Shown: one piece after another, positions 8,733 through 18,100 of the stretch
How positions within the stretch are numbered: position 1 is the first letter of the stretch
Layout of the letters: each line of letters starts with the position of its first letter
Virus record (IMG/VR): IMGVR_UViG_3300006735_004667
Span: 1-55,719 of that record
Direction: 5' to 3' (one strand)
Length of the DNA stretch: 55,719 nt
Source of the DNA: a virus
Taxonomy: Duplodnaviria > Caudoviricetes
Program-made: the position numbers and the translations under genes
Notes under the pieces: model-generated
The model's database searches: none
Seen by the model: only the letters and a program-made list of their open reading frames with translations
Told to the model about the DNA's origin: nothing

Positions 8733-11105
8733 ATGAAATCATTTCTAGAAACAATCGTAGAAGAATCAAAAGAAGACAAATTAGATAAACTTACCCACAT
8801 GAAAAAGTATGGTGAGAAAAATCTAAAAAGTCTTATGGTTCCTTTTCCCGCTTTTGAACATATCAATTTAGAAGATTGGGAAGGATATTATCCACCAAAA
8901 AATTCTTCTGAAACAACTAAAAAAGAAATTCAATATCTCATATCTTTATCACCTATGACAGATGTATGGGAAGATGAAATAGTGATGCATGATACAAAAG
9001 TTATGAAAGCTTTTAGAAATTATGCTGATGAATATGGTTTAGAAATTGATTTTGAAAGAATAAAGAACATAAAACTTCAATCTGAACCTATAATTTTAGC
9101 TCTAAAAAGACATTATAATAGACCAAGACCGAAAGCAGTAGCAAAAGAATTAGGTCTACCAATGGACACATTCCCACTTAAAACTAACAAAACACCATCA
9201 TATCCTTCAGGACATGCTACACAAGGTAAGTTAGTATCTCTTTTAGTAGCTGATGAAGCTCCATTAGAACATAGAAGAAATATATTAAAAATTGGTGAAA
9301 GAATTGGTCAAGGAAGACAGATAGCTGGAACACATTACCCAACAGATACAGAATTTGGATTTAAATTGGGAGAACATTTATATAATCTTACTCAAAAGAG
9401 TATGGAACCTGATTTAAAATTAGAATCATTTGAACTTAAAGAAGAAGATGTGTTTATATCAATTAATGATACATTACCAAAATCACCTACAGACAGAACA
9501 CAAATTTATGAAGGTTGTGCTATTATTGAAGGTATGGGTCAAGGTTTAAAAATATTATCACACCCTGAATTTTCTCCAATTTGTAAATCTTGGATTGAAG
9601 AATTTACATCAAATGTTGAAAATGGTGAAAAAATATTATTGAATTATTGTAAAGAACTTGGTTCAGCTATAAAACAATTAGGTAATTTTAAAGATTTTAT
9701 TCATAAGACTGTTGAGGATTGGAAAACTGCAGCACCTGAAATATTTGCAGTAAAAAATCCTGATAAAGTAAATACAGCTGACTCTATTTTTATATCTAAA
9801 GGTACTAGAACAGATTTATATAATCTCATGAAAGAAATGAATCAACTAGATAAACATGGTCAACATAGAAGAATAAGAACAGAAGGTAGTAAAATTATTT
9901 TATTAAACGCTGATAACAAACCTGTTGTAGTATTTTATCAAGTATCATTAAAGAAAGATGCAAAAGCAGGTTCAGCAAGAATTGGTAAAGTTGGAAAGTT
10001 TGCTAGTTCTAGGTTTACAGATGGAGTTGCGTCAAACTTACCTTCAAAAATTCAACAAATACAAGACAATCATAATGAATGGGATATTGAAGCTGAACTT
10101 ATATCAGAAGGTATTCAAGATATATTTAATAAAGGAACAGCTGTATTAAATAGATTAGGTGCAACAGTTTCAAAAGGTGTAGACTTCTTATACAAAAAAA
10201 TAAAAGGTGTATTCTCTAAATTAGCTAAAACAGGTATGGATTTTGCTAAATCATTTACAGATAAACAAGTTAAGACAAGTAAGATAAGTAAATCAGCAAA
10301 TTCAATTATTAAACAACTAGAATCAGAAGGTGGTGTTATAACAGAATCAACAAGAACTATTGAAGCTAAACCAAATCTAGTTAAAGAAATAAAATCTTTT
10401 AATCAAGCAATGAAAGGAGACCCTATCAACAAATTATATCAAGAGAACAAAAAAATTATCAGTAAATTAAATTCTTCTTTTGATATTAAAGATAGACCAA
10501 TAGACCCTATAGTTATACTTGAAGGTGGTGATGTTAAAATATCAACAGATGATTTAAATAAACTAAAAATGCTTGACAATTTAAAACCAGGTGATACAAT
10601 ACAATTAGGATTAGGGACACCTGTAGATACAGTATTTAAATTAACTTCTAATTGGGCTGGTATGAATTACATAAAAGGTATATTAAAATATGTTGAAGGT
10701 AATATATCTAGTTATGAGAATTTATCTACATCATTGTTTGCTCTTGCAGCTGAGTTTGAGGGTGAAGCTAGATTTGGTAATACAGCTCTACCATTAGTTA
10801 TTGTTTATGGTGGTAATAAATTAAAACACATGGGAACTAGAGACGATTTTGAAAGAAAAAAAGTAGAAGATTTAGCTAAGAAAGGAAAAGAATATAATAA
10901 CTTTCCTGTATTAGTAGTTAAAGTTGCTAGAGTAGCTGGTAAAAAATATAATAGTATAAACATATTGTTAGTAGAAAGTTTAGATGGAATGCCACCACAA
11001 CCACAATATAATGTTGTTGGTATTGCTACAAACTCTGGTTCTAAATTTGCTACTAAATTTGAAATCAATACAACAACTAAAAATTGGAAAGGTGCATTGA
11101 AATAA
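8733..11105 (+). CDS. Multidomain putative internal virion protein: CTS-like N-terminus, PAP2 phosphatase, possible PD-(D/E)XK-like domain
   Basis: MKSFLETIVEE; KRHYNRPRP, PSYPSGH, GRQIAGTHYPTD (PAP2 motifs 1-3); NTAD...QVSLKK. Confidence 0.7.
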   Translation: MKSFLETIVEESKEDKLDKLTHMKKYGEKNLKSLMVPFPAFEHINLEDWEGYYPPKNSSETTKKEIQYLISLSPMTDVWEDEIVMHDTKVMKAFRNYADEYGLEIDFERIKNIKLQSEPIILALKRHYNRPRPKAVAKELGLPMDTFPLKTNKTPSYPSGHATQGKLVSLLVADEAPLEHRRNILKIGERIGQGRQIAGTHYPTDTEFGFKLGEHLYNLTQKSMEPDLKLESFELKEEDVFISINDTLPKSPTDRTQIYEGCAIIEGMGQGLKILSHPEFSPICKSWIEEFTSNVENGEKILLNYCKELGSAIKQLGNFKDFIHKTVEDWKTAAPEIFAVKNPDKVNTADSIFISKGTRTDLYNLMKEMNQLDKHGQHRRIRTEGSKIILLNADNKPVVVFYQVSLKKDAKAGSARIGKVGKFASSRFTDGVASNLPSKIQQIQDNHNEWDIEAELISEGIQDIFNKGTAVLNRLGATVSKGVDFLYKKIKGVFSKLAKTGMDFAKSFTDKQVKTSKISKSANSIIKQLESEGGVITESTRTIEAKPNLVKEIKSFNQAMKGDPINKLYQENKKIISKLNSSFDIKDRPIDPIVILEGGDVKISTDDLNKLKMLDNLKPGDTIQLGLGTPVDTVFKLTSNWAGMNYIKGILKYVEGNISSYENLSTSLFALAAEFEGEARFGNTALPLVIVYGGNKLKHMGTRDDFERKKVEDLAKKGKEYNNFPVLVVKVARVAGKKYNSINILLVESLDGMPPQPQYNVVGIATNSGSKFATKFEINTTTKNWKGALK

Positions 11106-12316
11106 TGGAATATCTGTCAGAAGCAGCTGGTAAGAATTTACACTTAGAACATCTTGAAGATGAAATTCTAAACTTTGGTATTGCTGGTGGACGAAGTGCT
11201 ATACAATTTTTACAATCATTAAGAGATATGTTTGCTAGTAGTTCAAAGTCTAAATTAAATGTGACAGTTAAGTGGGACGGAGCTCCTGCAGTCTTTGCTG
11301 GTCCGCATCCTGAAACAGGTAAATTCTTTGTAGCGAAAAAGTCTTTGTTTAGAAAAACTCAAGAACCTAAACCATATTATCATACATACGCTGACATTGA
11401 TGCTGATACTAGTGGTGAACTTAATAAAAAACTTAAAATATGTTTAGACGAGTTTAGTAAACTTGGTATGAATGAAATATTACAAGGTGATTTAATGTTT
11501 ACAGATGATACATCTAGTATGGACATTGATGGTGTTAAACATATAACTTTTCAACCTAACACTATATTGTATGCTGTTGAAGCTGACTCAAAAATAGGTA
11601 GACAAATTTCAAGTGCAAAGATTGGTGTAGTTTGGCATACAACATATAAAGGTGATTCTATTGAAAATTTAAAAGCATCATTTGGTGCAAAGATACCTAG
11701 TAAATCATCAAAAGTATGGCAAGATGATGCAACATATAGAGATGTATCAGGTAGAGCTACATTCACAGCTAAAGAAACTGTAGAAGTCACAAAATTATTA
11801 TCAGCAGCCGGTAAACAATTTCAAAGAATAAATTCAGGTTCTTTTAATGAGTTTTTAAGATGGCAAGATAGTTTAGGAACATCTGCATCAGGAGCAGGGT
11901 TTAAAACTTATTTGAATACATTTACAAGAGCTGGTAAAACATTACCAAAAGGTAAAGATGCTGTAAAATCATATCAAGCACATTTTACTAATTGGTGGAG
12001 TAAAAATAAATCAGATAGTCCTGTACAAAAATCTAAATTAAGAGAACATTTAAGAGTAATTAAAAAATCTTTAAAAACTTTAGAACAAGTTGTTGACTTT
12101 ATCAGATTTTTGATACAAGCAAAGCTGATGATAGTAAAAAAGATGGACCAAGCAAAAGGTCTAGCAAAAACATTTGTAAAAACAAGTCAAGGTTTGAAAG
12201 TAGTTGCACCAGAAGGATATGTAGCTATTGACAGAAAAGGTGAAGCTGTTAAAATTGTAGATAAAATGGAATTTAGTTTTAATAACTTTACTGTAGCTAA
12301 AAATTGGGATAAATAG
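11105..12316 (+). CDS. Conserved T4-like protein (DUF6267-like) with ATP-dependent ligase-type motifs
   Basis: MEYLSE; HLEHLED, VTVKWDG (motif I), LQGDL, PEGYV, VKIV. Confidence 0.65.
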   Translation: MEYLSEAAGKNLHLEHLEDEILNFGIAGGRSAIQFLQSLRDMFASSSKSKLNVTVKWDGAPAVFAGPHPETGKFFVAKKSLFRKTQEPKPYYHTYADIDADTSGELNKKLKICLDEFSKLGMNEILQGDLMFTDDTSSMDIDGVKHITFQPNTILYAVEADSKIGRQISSAKIGVVWHTTYKGDSIENLKASFGAKIPSKSSKVWQDDATYRDVSGRATFTAKETVEVTKLLSAAGKQFQRINSGSFNEFLRWQDSLGTSASGAGFKTYLNTFTRAGKTLPKGKDAVKSYQAHFTNWWSKNKSDSPVQKSKLREHLRVIKKSLKTLEQVVDFIRFLIQAKLMIVKKMDQAKGLAKTFVKTSQGLKVVAPEGYVAIDRKGEAVKIVDKMEFSFNNFTVAKNWDK

Positions 12317-12320
12317 TAAT

Positions 12321-12755
12321 ATGAAAGACAAAAACGCAATAGTACAATCATTTAATAGTAAATGGAAGTATCGTAAAGACAAACATCAATATGGTATGAG
12401 AGATGCTTGGAAAATAATATACTCACAAAATGCTGAAGGTAAATATGAAGGAGATTGTGAAGACTACGCTCTTTCTATTTTATATAGATTAGCTGGTGAA
12501 AGTCATTTAAAGATGTGGTGGTTATTAATTACTCACCAAGCAGGTATTTGTTTAGTAGGACCAAGTAAACTTAAAACATCACATGCTGTCTTAAGATACG
12601 AAGGTGAATATATTGATAACCAGACTAGAAAGTTTGGACCAAAATATGAAATAGAAAGAAATTATAAATTTCATATTTTTTATGGATATGGTTGGGCATA
12701 TATGACAGCTTTAAAAATGATTATAAGTAAAGTTGTAAGGACACTAAAGAAATGA
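12321..12755 (+). CDS. Transglutaminase-like cysteine protease (BTLCP/LapG-like)
   Basis: GDCEDYA, HAVL, IDN: Cys-His-Asp triad pattern. Confidence 0.7.
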   Translation: MKDKNAIVQSFNSKWKYRKDKHQYGMRDAWKIIYSQNAEGKYEGDCEDYALSILYRLAGESHLKMWWLLITHQAGICLVGPSKLKTSHAVLRYEGEYIDNQTRKFGPKYEIERNYKFHIFYGYGWAYMTALKMIISKVVRTLKK

Positions 12756-13624
12756 AAGAAAGAAAACAACCTCAAGACCCTACAGTAAAAGATGAACCAG
12801 GTACACAACCTAAGAAGTATTACAAAGGGTTGAGTAAAGACGATAAAGAAGCACGAGCAAAACACTTTGCAAAAGGTGGTAAAGGTCCTGCTCCGGGTGA
12901 TATAGATGATGATGGTGATAAAGTTAAGACTAAACCAAGTAAACATACTTTGAAATTTAGAAAAATGTTTGGAGAGAGTAATCCTGACAAATCATTAAAT
13001 GATAAAGCTAAGAAGTCAGGTATATCTGTTAGTATACTTAAACAAGTATTTAAGAGAGGTGTAAAAGCTTGGCAGACAGGACATAGACCCGGTACAACAG
13101 CTGTGCAGTGGGGTCATGCACGCGTTAATTCTTTTATTACTAAAGGTAAAGGAACATGGGGTAAAGCTGATAAAGATTTAGCTGATAAAGTTAGAAAAAC
13201 AGAACAAGTAGAAGCTGTATCAAGTGCTCAACAAGCAGCAATAGCTATTTCTAAAAAAGAAAAAGCAGGTAAACCTGGATATGATAAACATGGTAAATCG
13301 TTAAAGAATAAAAAGAAAAACGAAAGTTTATGGGATAATATCAGAAAAAAAAGAGAGAGAATTAAAAAGGGTTCTGGTGAAAAAATGAGAAAGAAAGGAG
13401 ACAAAGGAGCTCCTACTGCAGCCCAAATGAAACGAGCAGAAAGTCTTTGGGATAATATCAGAAAGAAAAGAGCAAGAATAGCTAAAGGCTCGGGTGAAAA
13501 AATGGGTGCAAAAGGTAGTGTATCAAAGAAACAATTTGATACAAGTGTAAAATTTAGTGACAGTCCTAGAGCTGACGCTGCTAGAAAAAGAAAGAACAAA
13601 ATGAAAGGTAAAGCTAAGAAATGA
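12752..13624 (+). CDS. Basic modular protein (DUF5824-like) with duplicated ESLWDNIRKKR module
   Basis: QPKKYYKGL, KTKPSKHT, RPG...QWGHARVNSF; two repeats. Confidence 0.7.
   Translation: MKERKQPQDPTVKDEPGTQPKKYYKGLSKDDKEARAKHFAKGGKGPAPGDIDDDGDKVKTKPSKHTLKFRKMFGESNPDKSLNDKAKKSGISVSILKQVFKRGVKAWQTGHRPGTTAVQWGHARVNSFITKGKGTWGKADKDLADKVRKTEQVEAVSSAQQAAIAISKKEKAGKPGYDKHGKSLKNKKKNESLWDNIRKKRERIKKGSGEKMRKKGDKGAPTAAQMKRAESLWDNIRKKRARIAKGSGEKMGAKGSVSKKQFDTSVKFSDSPRADAARKRKNKMKGKAKK
13322..13504 (+). repeat. Two 66-nt coding repeats 117 nt apart
   Basis: 13322-13387 and 13439-13504 encode ESLWDNIRKKRxRIxKGSGEKM. Confidence 0.9.
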
Positions 13625-14004
13625 AATCATTCTTAGAACATATAGATTTTGGTAAGTATGAAGGTAAGCATGTTCCTTTAGAAAGACCTATGATTGATAT
13701 TACAGAAGATGATGATAAAGAAATCAATAAACCTAAAAGAGGTGGTTCTAAAAAATTCTATGTATATGTCAAGGACGGAGATAAAGTAAAAAAAGTATCT
13801 TTCGGTGCAAAAGATGGTGGTAGTAGTTTATCAGTAAAACTTCAAGACCCTAAAGCTAGAAAAGCATTTGCTGATAGGCATAATTGTGATACAGCTAATG
13901 ATAAACTTTCAGCTAGATATTGGAGTTGTAGATTACCCAACTATGCAAAAGATTTAGGATTAGCTCCTGTTGATAAAGGAGATGGTGGTGGAATCTATTG
14001 GTAG
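13621..14004 (+). CDS. Conserved phage protein (DUF6321-like) with CTS-like start
   Basis: MKSFLE; KKFYVYVK, VSFG, F..RHNC, ARYWSC. Confidence 0.7.
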   Translation: MKSFLEHIDFGKYEGKHVPLERPMIDITEDDDKEINKPKRGGSKKFYVYVKDGDKVKKVSFGAKDGGSSLSVKLQDPKARKAFADRHNCDTANDKLSARYWSCRLPNYAKDLGLAPVDKGDGGGIYW

Positions 14005-14248
14005 ACCATATAAAGATATTGGTGTAGTAAGAATATTTTATAGTGATGTAAAAAGTAATGAATTAGTTTGGCATCGTGATAAAGAAGATAGAAAAATTAC
14101 AGTAGTAGAAGGTGAAGGTTGGCAGTTTCAATTTAATGGCAGTTTACCTTTTGAATTAAAAAAAGGACAAATATTTGATATACAAGAAGGATTATATCAT
14201 AGAGTAATAAAGGGTAAAACTAATTTAGTGTTAAAGATTAAGAAATGA
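13982..14248 (+). CDS. Cupin-like protein
   Basis: ELVWHRD.EDR, W.FQ, YHRVIKG. Confidence 0.65.
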   Translation: MVVESIGRPYKDIGVVRIFYSDVKSNELVWHRDKEDRKITVVEGEGWQFQFNGSLPFELKKGQIFDIQEGLYHRVIKGKTNLVLKIKK

Positions 14249-15423
14249 AAAATTTTAGAAACATAACAGAAGTAAAAAGTAAAAGTGCAACATTTACTTT
14301 TGGAAGATTTAATCCACCAACAGTCGGACACATGAAACTTGCAAAGAAAATGCAATCAGTATCTAGTGGTAGTGATGTAAAAATATTTACTTCTCACGGT
14401 TCTGATAAGAAAAAAAATCCTTTAACTCATTCACAAAAAACAAAATTCATGAATCCGATGTTGCCTAAAGGTGTCAAAGTATCTAATTCACAATCAAGAA
14501 CTGTATTTGATGTAGTCACAACTTTATATGATGAAGGATACAGAGAAGTACAAATGGTAGTGGGTTCAGATAGAATTAGAGAATTTGATTCGTTGTTAAA
14601 AAAATATAATGGTGTAAAAGCTAGACACGGATATTATAAATTTGATTCTATTCAAGTTGTGTCAGCAGGTCAAAGAGACCCGGATGCTGAAGGTGATGTT
14701 GGTATGTCAGCTTCTAAAATGAGACAATTTGCTTCATTGAGTCAAGAAAAAGAATTTTTAGATGCTTTACCAAAAGGATATAGACTTGGTAAACAATTAT
14801 ACAAAGCAGTACAAAAAGGTATGGGTATATCAGAAGAATTTGAAGACTTTATGTATGAAATAATGACAGAAGATAATCCTAGAATACCTAGAAAGAAAGG
14901 ACAACCTAGAGGAAGCGATAGTCATTCTGATTTATATACAGATGAAAACCCTAAAGGTACTATAAAAGGTTTAAAGTTTGCTACTGTAGAAGATGCTGAG
15001 AAAAGTGTTAAAAAAATAGAAAATTCTGGTAAAACACATGCTCATAAAATTCAAGCAGCAATTGCTATGGAACAGAGAGCAGAAGTTATGGGTAAAATAT
15101 CAGCAGCTGCTGTTTATAGAAAATACATCAATAAGATGAAAGATATTACAAAACAAAAAAATGAATATTATGAGTGGGGAACAGATAAAGGTAGAAGACA
15201 TGCACAAAAATTTACACCAGGACAAAATGTAGTTGACTATGTAAAAAGAATAAAAGAAGCAGAAGATTTACCAAAAAAAGTTTTATTATACAAAGAAAAA
15301 ATGTATAAAGAATTGAAAAAAGAAAGAAAAGACTTTGTAAAGAAACACGGAGATAAAGCTGATTCAATAATGCATGCTACTGCTATGAATATGGCAAAGA
15401 GGAAATATGGAATCGATTCTTAA
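14245..15423 (+). CDS. HIGH-class nucleotidyltransferase (cytidylyltransferase-like) fused to C-terminal modules
   Basis: MKNFRNITE; FGRFNPPTVGH, VVGSDR, SAG.RDPD, MSASKMR; then HSDLYTDENPKGT and WGTD...TPGQ modules. Confidence 0.8.
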   Translation: MKNFRNITEVKSKSATFTFGRFNPPTVGHMKLAKKMQSVSSGSDVKIFTSHGSDKKKNPLTHSQKTKFMNPMLPKGVKVSNSQSRTVFDVVTTLYDEGYREVQMVVGSDRIREFDSLLKKYNGVKARHGYYKFDSIQVVSAGQRDPDAEGDVGMSASKMRQFASLSQEKEFLDALPKGYRLGKQLYKAVQKGMGISEEFEDFMYEIMTEDNPRIPRKKGQPRGSDSHSDLYTDENPKGTIKGLKFATVEDAEKSVKKIENSGKTHAHKIQAAIAMEQRAEVMGKISAAAVYRKYINKMKDITKQKNEYYEWGTDKGRRHAQKFTPGQNVVDYVKRIKEAEDLPKKVLLYKEKMYKELKKERKDFVKKHGDKADSIMHATAMNMAKRKYGIDS

Positions 15424-16549
15424 TTACAAAGAAGAAGACTTAGTACTTGACTTTGATGAAGGTATAAATGACCCAGGTATATTCAAAGCAATAATACTAG
15501 CAGGTGGTCCTGGTAGTGGTAAATCTTATGTAGCTAAAAAATTAGGTTTATCCTCTCTAGGATTAGTTGTTGTTAATTCAGATACTTTTTTTGAAATGTT
15601 AATGAAACGAAAAGGTCTATCATTAAAGATGCCAGAGAATGAAATAGAAGACAGAGAAGTTGCAAGAATGGCAGCAAAAGGATTAACTGATAAAAGATAT
15701 AAGTCTTTGATTGACGCAAGACTTGGTATTCTAATAGATTCTACATCTGGTGACCAAGGTAAAACATTTAGAATGTATAGAGAATTAAAAACAGCAGGAT
15801 ATGATATTAAAGCCATATTCATTCAAACAGATTTAGATGTTGCTCTTATGAGAAACAATGAAAGAGCAAGAACATTACCACCAAGAATAGTAGAAAAATC
15901 TCATAAATCAGCTCAAGCAGTTAAAAATATGTTAAAGAAAAAAATGGGTAGAGATTTTCATGAAATAGAAAATAATGGTGGTCCAATTGATATTTCTATT
16001 TCAGGTAAATTATCAGTATGGTCAAAGAAAATGAATCAGAATGCATTAGAATGGATTGCATCAGTTAAAAGAGGTATGGATTCGAACATAAAAGAAGACA
16101 TAAATAATAGTGTTATGAAAAATTTTAAAGAATATATTAATGAAAAATTACAACCAAGAGGACAGAATATATCACTACAGGTAAAGAATTTTGATGGTAG
16201 TAGTATAGCAAATCTTGAAAAATATTCAAAACAAGATAGAACCGAATTTACATTAGCACAACTTTTTGAAATACCTGAAGAAGATGCGACAGCTGTCACT
16301 TACAAGAGAGATACAATCATTTATAGTTTTGATGATAAAGACTATGCACAAGAAATATTTGATAGTGCTAAACTAGAAACTAAGTATATGAATAGGTCTT
16401 CAAGAGAAACAGCAAAAGCTTTTAAAGCTTATGATAATCCTAGGGATTTTCCTCGTAGTGTAGGATTAGATAGATATTATGCTCATGCACACGATAGAAG
16501 AATGACACAAGAAGGTAAACCATTCGAATACATAATGAAGTTAATATAA
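15407..16549 (+). CDS. P-loop kinase (zeta-toxin/AAA_33-like) with appended C-terminal domain
   Basis: LAGGPGSGKS, VNSD, IDST, RNNERAR lid motif. Confidence 0.8.
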   Translation: MESILNYKEEDLVLDFDEGINDPGIFKAIILAGGPGSGKSYVAKKLGLSSLGLVVVNSDTFFEMLMKRKGLSLKMPENEIEDREVARMAAKGLTDKRYKSLIDARLGILIDSTSGDQGKTFRMYRELKTAGYDIKAIFIQTDLDVALMRNNERARTLPPRIVEKSHKSAQAVKNMLKKKMGRDFHEIENNGGPIDISISGKLSVWSKKMNQNALEWIASVKRGMDSNIKEDINNSVMKNFKEYINEKLQPRGQNISLQVKNFDGSSIANLEKYSKQDRTEFTLAQLFEIPEEDATAVTYKRDTIIYSFDDKDYAQEIFDSAKLETKYMNRSSRETAKAFKAYDNPRDFPRSVGLDRYYAHAHDRRMTQEGKPFEYIMKLI

Positions 16550-17373
16550 TGGCAATAGGAACAACAAACATAGGTTTTAGTACAATAGCTACAGAAGTAG
16601 GTTTACCTGCTACTAATTTAAAACTCTCAGAATTAACTAGACAACAAGTAATAATTAATCCGACTAATAGTAGACAAACATACACACTAACAGATACACT
16701 TACATTGAACGCAGAAGATAGTACGGTTGCTGATAATGTAAATTTAGCTTCTGCACCTGATGAAGTAAGTGAATTTAAATCTTACACACAAACCTCACCT
16801 AAATTTAGTGCACAAGGTGCTAATCAAGGGGACCATGTAGAAACTCTTTCAGCAAGAGATACTTTTAGTGGTAGTTGTTTTACATCTGTATTATTACATG
16901 CAAGACTTTATTGTCAAAGAGTTAGTAATGATTTAGTTTGGTATGTTGATAAAGGCACACATACTAATGGTACAACTAATTCAAATATTGGTTACAAGAA
17001 AGAAGGTACTGGTATAACATCAAGTATATCTAGCCCACTTGAAGTAGCTAGATTAGCTGGTGTTGGTTCCAGTGTCACCATAGCAACATCAGTAACAACT
17101 TTAGATAATACAACAGGTCAAGTCTTTGGAAGTATAGCTACAGGTACAACAGGTTTGACAGGTACAGGTGGTACACTTGCATCTACAAACTCTAAATATG
17201 GTATTAACTATAGTTTCCAAGGTTTAGCTGAGTGTGTCCCTTCACCGCAACAAATGAACCTCGTATATTTACATAAAACAGATGTAACAGTTAGTGGTAA
17301 AAGAGTAAGACAATTTCAATTTCATGTAGCTCTAAAATCTACTTATTCAACAAATGTAGCACAATGTTGTTAA
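16549..17373 (+). CDS. Thr/Gly-rich putative fibre or virion protein
   Basis: MAIGTTNIGFSTIATE...PDEVSEF N-terminus; beta-rich composition. Confidence 0.5.
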   Translation: MAIGTTNIGFSTIATEVGLPATNLKLSELTRQQVIINPTNSRQTYTLTDTLTLNAEDSTVADNVNLASAPDEVSEFKSYTQTSPKFSAQGANQGDHVETLSARDTFSGSCFTSVLLHARLYCQRVSNDLVWYVDKGTHTNGTTNSNIGYKKEGTGITSSISSPLEVARLAGVGSSVTIATSVTTLDNTTGQVFGSIATGTTGLTGTGGTLASTNSKYGINYSFQGLAECVPSPQQMNLVYLHKTDVTVSGKRVRQFQFHVALKSTYSTNVAQCC

Positions 17374-17383
17374 GAGAAATAAT

Positions 17384-17770
17384 ATGATTACAATAAGACA
17401 TAAAGAAACAATTTTAAGAAATGCTATGGATGTAGCTTATGCTATAGATGTAGATGTTGAGTGTTATAAATTACCTCTTGCTGAAAAGGATAGATTTATT
17501 AGAGAAAATTTTGATGATGCTGAAGCTACAGTTAATATAAAAGAAGTTGATTGGGATAAATCAAATAAATTAAGTTCAGAAAGACATCAATTTTTAATAC
17601 CAACTAATAAACAAACAGATACATTTCCATCAAATAAAAGAGAATCAAATACAAATTATGATTCGTTAATATGGGAATGGAGAGAAATATATAAAGAAGA
17701 TAGTGATATCATAAGACTCACTAAAGAACAATTAAAACTCAATGAAGAACATGACGGGATTCAAGAGTAG
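17384..17770 (+). CDS. Hypothetical protein
   Basis: ORF. Confidence 0.65.
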   Translation: MITIRHKETILRNAMDVAYAIDVDVECYKLPLAEKDRFIRENFDDAEATVNIKEVDWDKSNKLSSERHQFLIPTNKQTDTFPSNKRESNTNYDSLIWEWREIYKEDSDIIRLTKEQLKLNEEHDGIQE

Positions 17771-17775
17771 AGAAT

Positions 17776-17783
17776 TATAAATA
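17776..17783 (+). promoter_or_regulatory. T4 late promoter TATAAATA (tandem CATAAATA follows)
   Basis: Consensus, intergenic. Confidence 0.75.
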
Positions 17784-17814
17784 CATAAATACATTACAAT
17801 AACGGAGAAAAGCC

Positions 17815-18090
17815 ATGTCAATATGGAAACCAATTACAACTGAAGCAGCATTAGGAACAAGTACAGGTGCAGCATCAAATGTCGGTAAAAGCAGATATGT
17901 CAGATTATTAAATACAGCAGCTGTGGGAACAGAACATTTAGTGACACTAGAAGAATCTGGTGGTACTGATATTGGTACATTTAGTATAGAAGGACAAATG
18001 GAATGTCTTATTCAAAAAGACCCAACTGACCAATTATTTGCAGCTAACGCAGCAGTTCTAGCTGTTGGTGTAGCAATCAACTCAAACTAA
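17815..18090 (+). CDS. Small putative virion protein
   Basis: Late promoter, SD GGAG, Ala/Thr/Gly-rich. Confidence 0.6.
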   Translation: MSIWKPITTEAALGTSTGAASNVGKSRYVRLLNTAAVGTEHLVTLEESGGTDIGTFSIEGQMECLIQKDPTDQLFAANAAVLAVGVAINSN

Positions 18091-18100
18091 GAATAACATT

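Noticed and set aside
14245-14850. Assigning the NTase to a known NAD-reconstitution (NARP) pathway
   Set aside because: No PRPP-synthetase-like or nicotinamide phosphoribosyltransferase partner in the window; substrate left open.
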